From Candidatus Heimdallarchaeota archaeon (GTDB lineage Archaea > Asgardarchaeota > Heimdallarchaeia > Heimdallarchaeales > Heimdallarchaeaceae), in assembly GCA_030603365.1 (NCBI GenBank), contig JAUVXV010000002.1:320001-384000 (forward strand): a stretch of DNA of 64,000 nt, read 5' to 3'. Shown here piece by piece: positions 50,736-60,783 of this stretch. The position numbers and the translations under genes are program-made. Numbering within the stretch: the first letter of the stretch is position 1; each line of letters begins with the position of its first letter. The notes under the pieces are model-generated. The model had not been told where the DNA came from. It searched no databases and saw only the letters and a program-made list of their open reading frames with translations.

Positions 50736-51773
50736 TTATTTGAAAACTATCTTTAGCTGAGTTTCGCATTTATTACAGTTTCCAGTTAATGAGATTCTTC
50801 TTAATTCTGTTATTGTTGATGTTCTTTGAATAAGTAATTCATCACAAGTGGGGCAATAAGTATTATTTGCCTTATGATCAGGAACATTATCAAGATAAAC
50901 AAAATGTAATCCTACTTCCTTAGCGATTGTATAAGCTTCTTCTAAAAGTGATTTTGGTGTCGGACTTATCTCTTTCAATCTATGAGCTGGAAGCAATCTA
51001 GCTAAATGCAATGGAACTGCAGGAGACAATTCTGTTTTTATCCAATCAGCAAGTTTTCTTGTTTCGTCTAGAGTATTTCCTAAAGATTCATGAATCACTA
51101 AATTCAATTCTAGAAGTTTTTCTTTCTCAAATATTAACTTAATAATGGATTTTATGTGTTCGAAATTCCCCCTCTGACAATTTTTCTCATATCCTTCATT
51201 TGAGACAGATTTTATATCTAGTGTAACAGCATCTACATGATCTAAAATAGCCTCAATTGGCTCTCTATTGAAAAATCCGTTAGTTCTAATTAGGACTTTT
51301 AAACCTCTTTCTTTTGCTAGTTTCGCTGAATCTCTTACCCATTCAAAAGAAATCATTGGCTCAGCTTCTCCGAAACATATTACTCTTGATCCAGAAGCGA
51401 TTCCAAACATAGCGACTTGTTCAGGTGCAAATCTCTTTCCCATGTATTGTTCAGGATCTTGTCTTGCTTTTTCGGGCATTGTACAATAGTCACAATCAAG
51501 ATTACAATTATAAGTAGAAAATGTTTGAGCTCTTGAATTTGGCAGAAAATGATATACATGCTGTTTCTCAATCATATCGATTTTCATGTCAGTTGCACCA
51601 TATGTCAGCGAGTATAGTTTTCCATCAATGTTCTTTCTTGCTAAACATTTTCCTTTCTCTCCCATTAACATTGTACATTCTATAGGACATAGTTTACACT
51701 GAAGTACATTGTTATCTTCATCAAGTATTTCGTAATATTCTGCTTCGTGCAAAGGTTGTGACATAGGCTTCAT
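50736..51773 (-). CDS. AmmeMemoRadiSam-type radical SAM protein
   Basis: QCKLCP..C, CNLDCDYC, TNG, NTYCPTC...CNKC. Confidence 0.85.
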   Translation of the reverse strand: MKPMSQPLHEAEYYEILDEDNNVLQCKLCPIECTMLMGEKGKCLARKNIDGKLYSLTYGATDMKIDMIEKQHVYHFLPNSRAQTFSTYNCNLDCDYCTMPEKARQDPEQYMGKRFAPEQVAMFGIASGSRVICFGEAEPMISFEWVRDSAKLAKERGLKVLIRTNGFFNREPIEAILDHVDAVTLDIKSVSNEGYEKNCQRGNFEHIKSIIKLIFEKEKLLELNLVIHESLGNTLDETRKLADWIKTELSPAVPLHLARLLPAHRLKEISPTPKSLLEEAYTIAKEVGLHFVYLDNVPDHKANNTYCPTCDELLIQRTSTITELRRISLTGNCNKCETQLKIVFK

Positions 51774-51935
51774 GACAATGTTTAAACTCCATTATTAAAT
51801 TTTATTAAACCAACAGAACGATAATAGTTTAGACAATACGTAAATATATTAAGCAGTTCAAATTCGGTCTAAAGCTATTTACGATTTTCCAGACTTTTAA
51901 GCAAAAAGTATATCAAATTAAAAACAATATGTACA

Positions 51936-53084
51936 TTGATGAGGGCATTTTTAGGAAGAGATATTTTGACAGTTTGGCAACAGGTTGAACTTAAAGACCG
52001 CCTAGTTCATTATAGAGAAATATTCCAGAGTAAAAGAATTCCTAGATATAAACTCGCAAGATTATTTTTCGTACCTTTTGATGCATACAAGGATAAAGAT
52101 GAACTGCTAAAAAAACATGAACATCATCATCTGAAATTTAAGAAATGGGTGGAAGAGAATCAGACTGTTCCTTTGGAAGAATTAGAAAAAAAAGTTTATT
52201 CTCAATACAAAGAGGAAGAACTGGAGAAGAATAATTATCTGAAACTCAAATCTGTCTTGTTGAATAATATTCTCTCTGCATGTGAATACTGCGAGAATGA
52301 GTGTAAAACAAATCGTTCAGAAGGGAAAGTAGGAAAATGTGGAGTGAATGATGAAGCTCATATAAGTTCAGCATTTATACATATGGGGGAAGAGAGCCCA
52401 ATAGTGCCTAGTGGAACAATCTTTTTTTATGGATGTACTATGGAGTGCCAATTTTGTCAGAATTGGGATATTAGTCATGAATTTAATTTAGAAAGATTCA
52501 AGGGAAGAGGCACATCAGCTGTTCAATTAGCTAACATGTTCTACTCTTTAGTAAAACAAAATGCACGTAATATAAACTTTGTAGGAGGAGAACCTACCCC
52601 TAATCTTCATATTATCTTTGAATCTCTTTTAATCGCTCAAGTAAATGTGCCTATGTTATGGAACAGTAATATGTATTTGACTGAAACAAGTATGAAAATC
52701 ATTTCCGATATATTTGATATATGGTTACCAGATATGAAGTATAGTAACAATGAGTGTGGAAATAAATATTCAAAAGCTCCAAAATATTGGGATGCCTTAA
52801 AACGGAATATGAAGATGATCGAAGAGAGAGGAAGTGGAGAATATATAATTAGACATCTTGTTATGCCAAATCATACAAAATGCTGTTCTATACCAATCTT
52901 AGACTGGGTTAATGAACATCTGAAAACACCTTTAATCAACATCATGGCTCAATATCATCCTGATTATAAAGTTCTTCAAACCAATAGGTTTCCTGAAATA
53001 AGTAGAAGAGTCTCCACTAATGAAATGCATGAAGTGAAAAGCTATGCAGATAAATTGGGAATTTATTGGAAAAGTGTCTCTTAA
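51936..53084 (+). CDS. PflX-like radical SAM protein
   Basis: CEYCENEC, HMGEE...SGTIFF.GCTMECQFCQN, GGEPTP, RHLVMP. Confidence 0.88.
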   Translation: MMRAFLGRDILTVWQQVELKDRLVHYREIFQSKRIPRYKLARLFFVPFDAYKDKDELLKKHEHHHLKFKKWVEENQTVPLEELEKKVYSQYKEEELEKNNYLKLKSVLLNNILSACEYCENECKTNRSEGKVGKCGVNDEAHISSAFIHMGEESPIVPSGTIFFYGCTMECQFCQNWDISHEFNLERFKGRGTSAVQLANMFYSLVKQNARNINFVGGEPTPNLHIIFESLLIAQVNVPMLWNSNMYLTETSMKIISDIFDIWLPDMKYSNNECGNKYSKAPKYWDALKRNMKMIEERGSGEYIIRHLVMPNHTKCCSIPILDWVNEHLKTPLINIMAQYHPDYKVLQTNRFPEISRRVSTNEMHEVKSYADKLGIYWKSVS

Positions 53085-53097
53085 AGACCTGCACTAA

Positions 53098-53586
53098 TTA
53101 CTTAATACTCATTTCCCAAAGAAGTCTAGTAGTTGTGGATCTTTCCCATTTATTTAATGCACTTCTCGCTGCTATTGTCTCTGAAAGAAATTTATGCTGG
53201 AAATCAGCAATAAAATCTATTAGTTTGTCAATTTCTGTTACTTTCTCAAGTAATGCTTCAGAAACATAGAAAGTTATAGAAAAACCAGGTTCTGCTTCCT
53301 TTTGTACAATCCCTGTTGCTTCCGCAAGAGCAAAACTTAATCGCTTTAGCAACATATCATCAAAAGGATCTCTCATTTCAAGTATCAATGAAATTAAACT
53401 TGAATTCCTAGTCTTTTCAATGAATCCATTTTTCAAAGGAAATTGTTTCAAATCCATTTCTCTACAATCTTTACAAACTACACAAGGATAGTTAATCTCT
53501 TTATGTGGGCAAATATAACGTTCTAATTTTAGTGCCTGTCTTATCTTCTCCTTATCTTCATAAAATTCATTTGAATCAGAACTCAT
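53098..53586 (-). CDS. Hypothetical protein with N-terminal Cys cluster
   Basis: CPH...PCVVCKDC. Confidence 0.65.
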   Translation of the reverse strand: MSSDSNEFYEDKEKIRQALKLERYICPHKEINYPCVVCKDCREMDLKQFPLKNGFIEKTRNSSLISLILEMRDPFDDMLLKRLSFALAEATGIVQKEAEPGFSITFYVSEALLEKVTEIDKLIDFIADFQHKFLSETIAARSALNKWERSTTTRLLWEMSIK

Positions 53587-53658
53587 TAATTAACACTAAC
53601 TTGTTATGTTTTTAATATTTCTTTTGTCCTACTCAAAAATAAAAGCAATTTCAGTAGT

Positions 53659-54114
53659 TCAAATTTCAAATACATCAGCATCTTCAACATCTATTTCTAA
53701 AGATGAATTTCTCGAATTTTTATAGGTAAAAGCAGAAATGATTGATGAAATTGTCTCTTTAAGTTTCCAGAAATATTTGTAACTTTCCACAGGTTTCTTT
53801 TCAAAGAGTGCTAAAGCATCTTTAGAGTTCATTACAGTTTCATTTAGAATGCTAGTAGCTTTGGTCTTTATTCCAGTTCCTTGTAAATTTTCTAAGAAAG
53901 TTTTTTGCCATCTCTCTGTTTTATCTTCTTTTTCCAGTATCATTTTAAATTTAATTATCAGCATTTCTAAATCTGCTCTAAATTGCCATAGTGTGTCTCC
54001 AATTTTATTAGTAGTGGTTTTAGAAATCTCTGAAGTGATTTTGTCCAATGAATTGCAAATTTGTTGGATTTCTTTCTTCAGTTCTTCCTTATTTGGTACT
54101 GGAATTACTTGCAT
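53659..54114 (-). CDS. Hypothetical helical protein
   Basis: 151-aa ORF. Confidence 0.65.
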   Translation of the reverse strand: MQVIPVPNKEELKKEIQQICNSLDKITSEISKTTTNKIGDTLWQFRADLEMLIIKFKMILEKEDKTERWQKTFLENLQGTGIKTKATSILNETVMNSKDALALFEKKPVESYKYFWKLKETISSIISAFTYKNSRNSSLEIDVEDADVFEI

Positions 54115-54180
54115 CTTGTGAAGTAGAAATGCTATTCTTTAAAAAAATGGTGTTCGGAAACAAAGTTTAAATCAAAGAAT

Positions 54181-55386
54181 TTGTTATCTCTCCTAATGTC
54201 TTTTAGGAAAAGCTTTGGCTTAGATTTTCATTTCCCTGAAACTGAAATTTACCTAGATTCCGCTACTTCGGGAAAGATGCCTGTTTCTTCAGTTGAAGTT
54301 ATGAGTAACTATTATACTGAATTAGGAGGAGGAATTAATAGAGGCACTCATAAAAAAGCTGTAAATGCTAATAGAAAACTAGAACAATCACGTTCTACAG
54401 TAGCAAACATTTTCTCAGTAAATTCCAACAATGTTTCTTTTCTTCCCTCTCGAGAAACTGCTTTGATGAACTTTCTTCTATCTGGCATTTTTTCAAAAGA
54501 TAATGAAATAATAGTTAGTTCTTTAGATGATCATTCCATACTTGCACCAGTTTTAAAACTAAGAACAGTATACGATGTGCGTTTAAACTTTCTAAACCTA
54601 CAAGACGAATCAAATCTAGTTGAAGTCATAGAAGAGAGAATTACAGCAGAAACTAAAGCGATAGTTCTTTCAGTTATGACCCTGGGAATGGGAATTAAAC
54701 GAAATTGGAGAAAGATTACAAAAATCGCTCAGGATGCAGAAATACCTTTAGTTCTAGATATAAGCAATGCTATAGGTCATATGGAATTTAATTTCAAGGA
54801 TATAACTCCAGATATCGTAGTTTCTTCTGGAAATATCGGTGCGTTAGGTCCCCAAGGTACTGCTTTTCAAATTGTAACAGAGGACATGATGAAGAAATTT
54901 GATCCCATCTTAGTTGGAGGAGGAACAGTTATGTCTCTAGATAGATCTACCTATAAATTAGCTTCTGGCATTAACAAATATGAACCAGGGACTCTCAACA
55001 TAAGTGGAATTGCAGGATTAGCTAATAGTTTACAATCTTTATCTGAGATAGGTTTTGAAAGGATTACTAAACACGAAATCGAGCTACGAGCAATGCTTGA
55101 AGATGGGTTAAGAAAGACTAACAAATTGAACCTCATCGAACATCAAGGGTTAAATTATGGCCCAATACTCTCGTTTATGAGTGATGAGATAGATTCTCAT
55201 GACATTGCTATCATTCTCGAAGATTTGGGAGATATCTATGTAAGAAGTGGGGCATTATGTTCACATTTGTTCATGGAAGAACTACAAAAAGAATCTCTTG
55301 TTCAGGTTTCTACACATCTTTATAACACTAAAGAGGATATAGAAATTTTCTTAGAAACCTTAAACTCCATAATGTCTGAAATTTAG
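54181..55386 (+). CDS. SufS/Csd-like class V aminotransferase fold lacking the PLP lysine (paralog 1; likely start ATG 54196)
   Basis: YLDSATS, NRGTH, SGNIGALGP (canonical SGHK), YEPGT, RSGALCSH. Confidence 0.85.
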   Translation: MLSLLMSFRKSFGLDFHFPETEIYLDSATSGKMPVSSVEVMSNYYTELGGGINRGTHKKAVNANRKLEQSRSTVANIFSVNSNNVSFLPSRETALMNFLLSGIFSKDNEIIVSSLDDHSILAPVLKLRTVYDVRLNFLNLQDESNLVEVIEERITAETKAIVLSVMTLGMGIKRNWRKITKIAQDAEIPLVLDISNAIGHMEFNFKDITPDIVVSSGNIGALGPQGTAFQIVTEDMMKKFDPILVGGGTVMSLDRSTYKLASGINKYEPGTLNISGIAGLANSLQSLSEIGFERITKHEIELRAMLEDGLRKTNKLNLIEHQGLNYGPILSFMSDEIDSHDIAIILEDLGDIYVRSGALCSHLFMEELQKESLVQVSTHLYNTKEDIEIFLETLNSIMSEI

Positions 55387-55503
55387 AATTAGTGGGTATC
55401 CATTTATTAGTTACTTTTACTTTCTTTCATTGTTTGAATCACATTCAAGAATATCTTTTGCTAGTTTAAATACCAAACTGCGTATAATAATTCCAGAGAG
55501 TAG

Positions 55504-57711
55504 TTGGTGGAATTTATCTCAACTGAAACTATCACTCGTACATTTCATTTAAATTCAATTGAAACAGAAGAGATATTTTGTTATAGAGTATTTGGAGATT
55601 TTAAATCTGCAGTAAATACTCTAATAAAAGGAGGAATAAACCTCAACAACGAAATTTTCAGAGAAGAGAGTTTAGTTTCAGTAAAGCGGTTCTATTCACT
55701 ATTAAGAAAAAATTCATGTATAAGTGCTAAATTGAGCAAGCTTGAAATTAAAGAACGTTTATTGAGATGTGCTGCTCAGTATGCATATTTTTCTATTCGT
55801 AACCTAAAACAAACAAGAAATTTGTGCAGTGAGATTGCACAAGTAATGAGTGAAGATTCTTCTTGGAATAAATTTCGCAGAGATTCTTGGTTCTTATGGG
55901 ATTTATCTAAAAAATCAAAAAAAAGAAGAGATAATTTGAATGTAAAATTATTAAATCAGATTAAGAACAAACATAATTCTATATATCCTGAACAAAACAG
56001 AATGTGCAATGCACACTTGATAAATAATTATTTCAGACACATTCGAAAAATTATTCTTAGTAATCTTCAAAGGAAGGATATCAAAATCAATATTGATTCA
56101 GAATATTGTATTAAAACAATTCGAGAACATTACAGTTCTGAATACATAGATACTCTGATTAGTAAGTTTAAAACTCAAATTTCAACTTTATTAACTAGAC
56201 AATTCAAGAAATACAAAAAGAATGAAATTTCTGAAAAATCAGATGGAAACAAACAATCAAACGTTCCAGTTTTAAAAACTATTTACTCAATATGTAAAAC
56301 TAAAAAGATTCATAATGTTGAAATTGAAGAATGGAAACTAAAAAAAGAGTTATGGTTGATTAGATATATCGACGAAATTAGAGATTTCTTTAAATCTGAA
56401 TGTGTTAATCAAGAAATTAACAGAGGGATAAAAAGATTACAGGAAAAACCAACAGTGTATTTCCTAGCAATGTTTTTAGAGAAAAAGATTTTCAAATTGA
56501 GAAGAAAAATTCAAGGAGAACCAGTTAGAGATTTCTATTTCTTTCTATCACAAATAATAGATTATCATCTCACTCATCTTATACTCGAAACACAACAGAT
56601 GGTTATTTTACCTAAAATACGCATGATTCTCCTTGATTTCATTCTAAAGCCACTATCTTATCTCAAAATGCCAATCTTTACAAAATCAGTAATCCCTTTA
56701 GGAATCGATGACAATCAAGTTTATACATTGGAAGAGTTACAAAGTGAAGTAAAAATCACTTTGTCCTTTTATCCAAATCAGAAAAAACATTTCAAATTAT
56801 CATCACCAGAAAGATATTTCGAATTAACTATGAATAATGCAAAACCTGCACGAGGAATTCTTTCAGCTCATGGTGGCAAGCTTCAACTTGCTATTCCGTT
56901 TACTAGACGTTTACCAGAGTTATCAAAGATAAAACCTCTTGAAAAACAAAGAATTCTAAATTGTGATCTTGGATTGAAATCTTTTGCTGTTTTGAGTATT
57001 ACAGAAAATGGTTTTGAAACACATAGAAAATTCTTGGATCAAAAACAACTAACGGGTTCAAAAAATTCATGGTTCCTAGCAAAATCATTTAGAAATAAAA
57101 ACACAAAAACACGAGAAAAACCAACTATAAATTATAAATTCAATCTTATGAAACTCCGTAAAAAAATAAATAATTTACAATCAGAACTGAAAATGATGAA
57201 AGAAGAGACGAAAAGAAGAAGATCTAAGAACAAGAATTATCCTAAGTATAAAAATACCAAACTGTACTGGTATAAAAAAAGAGAATTGAAGTCTTACTGG
57301 AACAGAATTAGGAATATTCACAAAGAATTGATACATCAAATTTCTACAAGAATAGTTGAATATGCCAACTATCATCAAGTAGATACTATACGCTTTGAAG
57401 ATCTTCGTTGGACTCAACATTCAGCTAAACATGAAGTTGGTTATTTTCTCTCTTTCTGGCAAGTACATTGGTTTTTCAGCCAGATAATAGAATACACATC
57501 ACAAATTGCTAGAAGATATATGATTAGGTCTGTTCTAACTAATCCATATAAAAGCTCACAAATTTGCTCTACTTGTGAAAAGGAAGGAAAAAGACAAAGA
57601 AAGATATTCATGTGCTCAAATGAACTGTGTGGACTAATACTTGACAGTGATTTAAATGCTGCTCGAAACTTAGGTAAAAAATCACGCAAATGTTATCCTA
57701 TTCGACTATAA
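55504..57711 (+). CDS. Large (735 aa) TnpB/Cas12f-like RuvC nuclease
   Basis: RuvC-I NCDLGLK, RuvC-II RFEDL, SSQICSTC...FMC...C zinc ribbon, RuvC-III DSDLNAARNL. Confidence 0.88.
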   Translation: MVEFISTETITRTFHLNSIETEEIFCYRVFGDFKSAVNTLIKGGINLNNEIFREESLVSVKRFYSLLRKNSCISAKLSKLEIKERLLRCAAQYAYFSIRNLKQTRNLCSEIAQVMSEDSSWNKFRRDSWFLWDLSKKSKKRRDNLNVKLLNQIKNKHNSIYPEQNRMCNAHLINNYFRHIRKIILSNLQRKDIKINIDSEYCIKTIREHYSSEYIDTLISKFKTQISTLLTRQFKKYKKNEISEKSDGNKQSNVPVLKTIYSICKTKKIHNVEIEEWKLKKELWLIRYIDEIRDFFKSECVNQEINRGIKRLQEKPTVYFLAMFLEKKIFKLRRKIQGEPVRDFYFFLSQIIDYHLTHLILETQQMVILPKIRMILLDFILKPLSYLKMPIFTKSVIPLGIDDNQVYTLEELQSEVKITLSFYPNQKKHFKLSSPERYFELTMNNAKPARGILSAHGGKLQLAIPFTRRLPELSKIKPLEKQRILNCDLGLKSFAVLSITENGFETHRKFLDQKQLTGSKNSWFLAKSFRNKNTKTREKPTINYKFNLMKLRKKINNLQSELKMMKEETKRRRSKNKNYPKYKNTKLYWYKKRELKSYWNRIRNIHKELIHQISTRIVEYANYHQVDTIRFEDLRWTQHSAKHEVGYFLSFWQVHWFFSQIIEYTSQIARRYMIRSVLTNPYKSSQICSTCEKEGKRQRKIFMCSNELCGLILDSDLNAARNLGKKSRKCYPIRL

Positions 57712-57860
57712 GTTAAATAGGAGGGGTTTCCGTTTAATCCCAAATTAAGTTGCTCAGAAGAGCAACTTTGAAAATTCGGTCACTTAAGCTTCTTTCTGGC
57801 ATAGCTTCAAGCTTCACCAAATGCCTTTCGATCATTCCGTATATATTGGTTGTACAATTG
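57712..57860 (+). ncRNA. Candidate omega/reRNA region downstream of the TnpB-like gene (boundaries uncertain)
   Basis: Perfect hairpin AAGTTGCTC-agaa-GAGCAACTT (57747-57768); GGCAT/ATGCC stem (57798-57825); position typical of TnpB guide RNAs. Confidence 0.45.
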
Positions 57861-57947
57861 TATATACAAAAGTTTCTATATCTGAAGAATGCAATAACAT
57901 TGATATTCTCAGGTTATTTTTTTCCAAAGATTAAGAAAAGATTATTC

Positions 57948-58184
57948 TTATTGTATATATTCTGTTTCTTCTTTTTCTAGAAGTAGATAAATTCTATCAA
58001 AGTTTATTTGTTCTGCAGCTGCACTTCTTTCTGTATTTTTTGTTATCTTCCAATCCTTGATTGTATATCCTTCTGGAAGTTTATCAAATGCATCTTTTAT
58101 AGCCTTATCAAGTATTTCAATTCCTTCTGAAGTAAATATCGCTGTATTTACATCTAAATATTTCAGTTCATATCTCGATCCCAT
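57948..58184 (-). CDS. Small hypothetical protein
   Basis: 78 aa, ATG start, upstream TATA-like tttaaa. Confidence 0.6.
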   Translation of the reverse strand: MGSRYELKYLDVNTAIFTSEGIEILDKAIKDAFDKLPEGYTIKDWKITKNTERSAAAEQINFDRIYLLLEKEETEYIQ

Positions 58185-58415
58185 TCAAATCAATGTAAAA
58201 CAACATAATTTCTTTAAATACTTTTTGAACAACCATTTCTTCCCAAAAAATTTCTATTGTTTGTATACTTTCTATCATTTATCTTTTTTTATTTCTATGA
58301 TTTCCTTTCTTAATTCAAGTACTTCTTCATATATTGACAACTTCATTAGCTCCACAACTTACTCTACAAAGAAAACCCTTCGTAGGTGGATATTTAAGAA
58401 TTGTTGACAAAGAAG

Positions 58416-58452
58416 TGTAATACGTCCTGTAATACACGTTCTATGCATTACA
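58416..58452. promoter_or_regulatory. TGTAATAC direct repeat plus inverted copy (GCATTACA) upstream of TATA-like box
   Basis: 58416-58423, 58428-58435, 58445-58452. Confidence 0.4.
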
Positions 58453-58489
58453 AAGGTATTTAAGATAAAAAAACTAATTATTATTTGAC

Positions 58490-58744
58490 ATGGCTAAAAA
58501 ATACAGAATTAGTGAAAAAATAAGAAAAAAGATGAGAAAGGACAAATCCTCACTCTTTCCCTTACCTTTGAAAAAGAAGGTCGAAGTAGCTTTGTGTTAC
58601 AGATGTAATAGAAACAAATCTACTAAATTGTGCCTTAATTGTAGAAAACCTATTTGTAATCCTTGTGAAACAAAAAATCCTAAAGGTTATTGCGTTCCTT
58701 GTAGAAATGAAAAATTCGGTTTTGTATCATTTACTTTTGAATAA
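58490..58744 (+). CDS. Basic B-box-like zinc-finger protein
   Basis: CYRC...CLNCRKPICNPC...CVPC. Confidence 0.7.
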   Translation: MAKKYRISEKIRKKMRKDKSSLFPLPLKKKVEVALCYRCNRNKSTKLCLNCRKPICNPCETKNPKGYCVPCRNEKFGFVSFTFE

Positions 58745-58797
58745 AGATTTGATGAATTGTTCCGCGTAGAGATAATTCAAATAGTTCTATATTATGT

Positions 58798-59007
58798 TTA
58801 TATTTTCTTATTTCTTGATCTACGCTCTATGATGATAAGTAACAGACCTATTGCAAGAAATCCAATTGCTGCAGGTTGAATCCACATTGCCATCGATCCT
58901 CCTGAAAAATCTTTTACAAACCAAATTATAGTAAAAACTATACCGATGATTAAAACTATCGGACCAATCAAAATTCTAAAAGTTATTTTTTCTAATAAAC
59001 TCATCAC
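58798..59007 (-). CDS. Small two-TM membrane protein
   Basis: Two hydrophobic helices; upstream ggaggt RBS. Confidence 0.7.
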   Translation of the reverse strand: MMSLLEKITFRILIGPIVLIIGIVFTIIWFVKDFSGGSMAMWIQPAAIGFLAIGLLLIIIERRSRNKKI

Positions 59008-59185
59008 GATTTACCTCCCTCCATTCTGTGAGAGAGTACAGGATTTTTCTCACATTTTTAAAAAGTAACCGATTATCTGTAGTAAAACTATTTTCTTTTT
59101 TTACCATTTTACGACCAAACCGAAATCTAAACAATTCAGATAAAAACTAAGAATTAACTAACAATCAAAGAAGGATGAGATCTTA

Positions 59186-60475
59186 ATGAATAAAAACATA
59201 GTATATGGAAGCACATTGATAGTTGTTTTTTTAAGTGCAGGAATACTTACTGGTTATTTTATTCCGCAAAATAATCAGGCACAATATGATACACTACTAT
59301 CAGAATTTCAAGATTTGAATGAGGTATATAATGCTCTTTTAGAGGATTACAATACTCTACTAGGGAATTATACTGAAATAAAAGAGAAATGCGATATAAT
59401 AACTGGAGAATACGATTCTTTGAATGAAACCTACTACAACCTGTTAGAAGAGTATACTTTGTTGAATGAAACCTACAATGAATTGTTGGTAGATTATAAT
59501 ACCTTTGTAGAATCTTTCAACACATTGCAGATAGCTTATGATCAACTAAATGATTTATATTCACAACTTCTGATTGATTATGCTGTTTTTGAAAATGAAT
59601 ATAATGCTTTACTCCAGAATTATGATTTGTTGACAGCATGGATCAGAGGAATGACTTTACCTGCTCAGTACATGGTTTTTGCTGAGGCTGTTAGAAGATA
59701 CTACTTTGAAGATTTTTATGTTAAAGATACTTGGGCTACGGGAAATGAAACAGGATATTTTGCAGAATATGCACTATTCAGTCGTGATATAGTTTTGCAC
59801 GATTCTGATTTGTCATTGAAAGGAGAATTATTTGCTGAAGTATCAAATGCTCTTTCTGATTGTTTGATATATGGGAATGAAACTGAAGGCTTAGCTTGGA
59901 TGTGTATGATTGGCGTGTTTTATCCTTGGCTTCCTAATTGGAGTGGATATTATTCGTCTGGAAATGAACTAACTGATATTGATACAATAGTTCAGTGGTG
60001 CATTGATGAGATCGACTACGAATATGATACAACTATAACATATGGACAAGAACTTTATTTTTGGGATTATGTCAAGTTTCCAGTCGAAACAGCTTTCAGA
60101 ACAATGGGGGATTGTGAAGACCAAGCTCTATTCTGTGCAGCTTATCTAGAATCTTGTGGATTTCAAACTGCACTAGCATTATTTCATGATGCTGAAAATC
60201 CTATTAGTCCTGATGGTTTTTATCATGCAACTTTGTTAGTACATATAGAAGACCTAGCAAACTTTCAGTTTTGGCATCCATTTTGTCCTTTGTGGAGTCT
60301 AAGTGACATAGATCCATATGAAGGATATACTTGGGTATGGTTAGATTCTACTTGGGATGTCTCGTTTCCGTCAAAACCTGGATGGATGCAATACTACCTT
60401 GATAATGGAATAAATGATGACGATCTTACAATAGTACTATGTGACTTAAATGGAGCTACTAGCTATGCTCCTTAG
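59186..60475 (+). CDS. Membrane-anchored coiled-coil stalk plus transglutaminase-like (Cys-His-Asp) domain
   Basis: N-terminal TM, YxxLxxx heptads, GDCEDQA, FYHA, WLDST. Confidence 0.8.
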   Translation: MNKNIVYGSTLIVVFLSAGILTGYFIPQNNQAQYDTLLSEFQDLNEVYNALLEDYNTLLGNYTEIKEKCDIITGEYDSLNETYYNLLEEYTLLNETYNELLVDYNTFVESFNTLQIAYDQLNDLYSQLLIDYAVFENEYNALLQNYDLLTAWIRGMTLPAQYMVFAEAVRRYYFEDFYVKDTWATGNETGYFAEYALFSRDIVLHDSDLSLKGELFAEVSNALSDCLIYGNETEGLAWMCMIGVFYPWLPNWSGYYSSGNELTDIDTIVQWCIDEIDYEYDTTITYGQELYFWDYVKFPVETAFRTMGDCEDQALFCAAYLESCGFQTALALFHDAENPISPDGFYHATLLVHIEDLANFQFWHPFCPLWSLSDIDPYEGYTWVWLDSTWDVSFPSKPGWMQYYLDNGINDDDLTIVLCDLNGATSYAP

Positions 60476-60641
60476 CAATTTTTTTTCCTCTTAATTAATT
60501 ATACTTATACGTAAGCAATCTGCTTACAGAGATTTAAACCTCGAGCAGTAAGAAGTTTGTTTGTGATCTTACATTAGTCGTGGAGAAATGGCTTTAAACT
60601 TATGTTTAATGATTCGTATGGCTTTTTTGTTTCTTATATTA

Positions 60642-60783
60642 TGTCTCACCCCTCACTGTTTTTCAACTGTTTAACCCTGCTTTTTCTGGGAAGATTTTCC
60701 TGCTGATCCAGACCACAGAAAGTTCTTGTGCAGAGGAAAGGAAAGGAAGGGTTGAGACGAGAGAAGAGAGAAGGGGTGATACA
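60642..60783 (+). ncRNA. ~140-nt long-stem structured element (ncRNA or MITE-like)
   Basis: TGTCTCACCCCT/AGGGGTGATACA terminal stem (11/12), inner stems with G-U pairs on + strand, two apical hairpins. Confidence 0.5.

Noticed and set aside
57780-57838. C/D box sRNA on the minus strand (ATGATCG as box C)
   Set aside because: Box C is imperfect and no CTGA D boxes occur at suitable spacing.
57750-58407. ORFs 57750..57980 and 58057..58407 (+)
   Set aside because: TTG starts, low-complexity F/I/S-rich translations; they overlap the putative RNA region or lie antisense to a better ORF.
60642-60783. Identification as SRP RNA, 5S rRNA or an integron attC site
   Set aside because: No SRP helix-8 motif, no 5S consensus and no RYYYAAC/GTTRRRY ends recognised; left as an unknown structured element.
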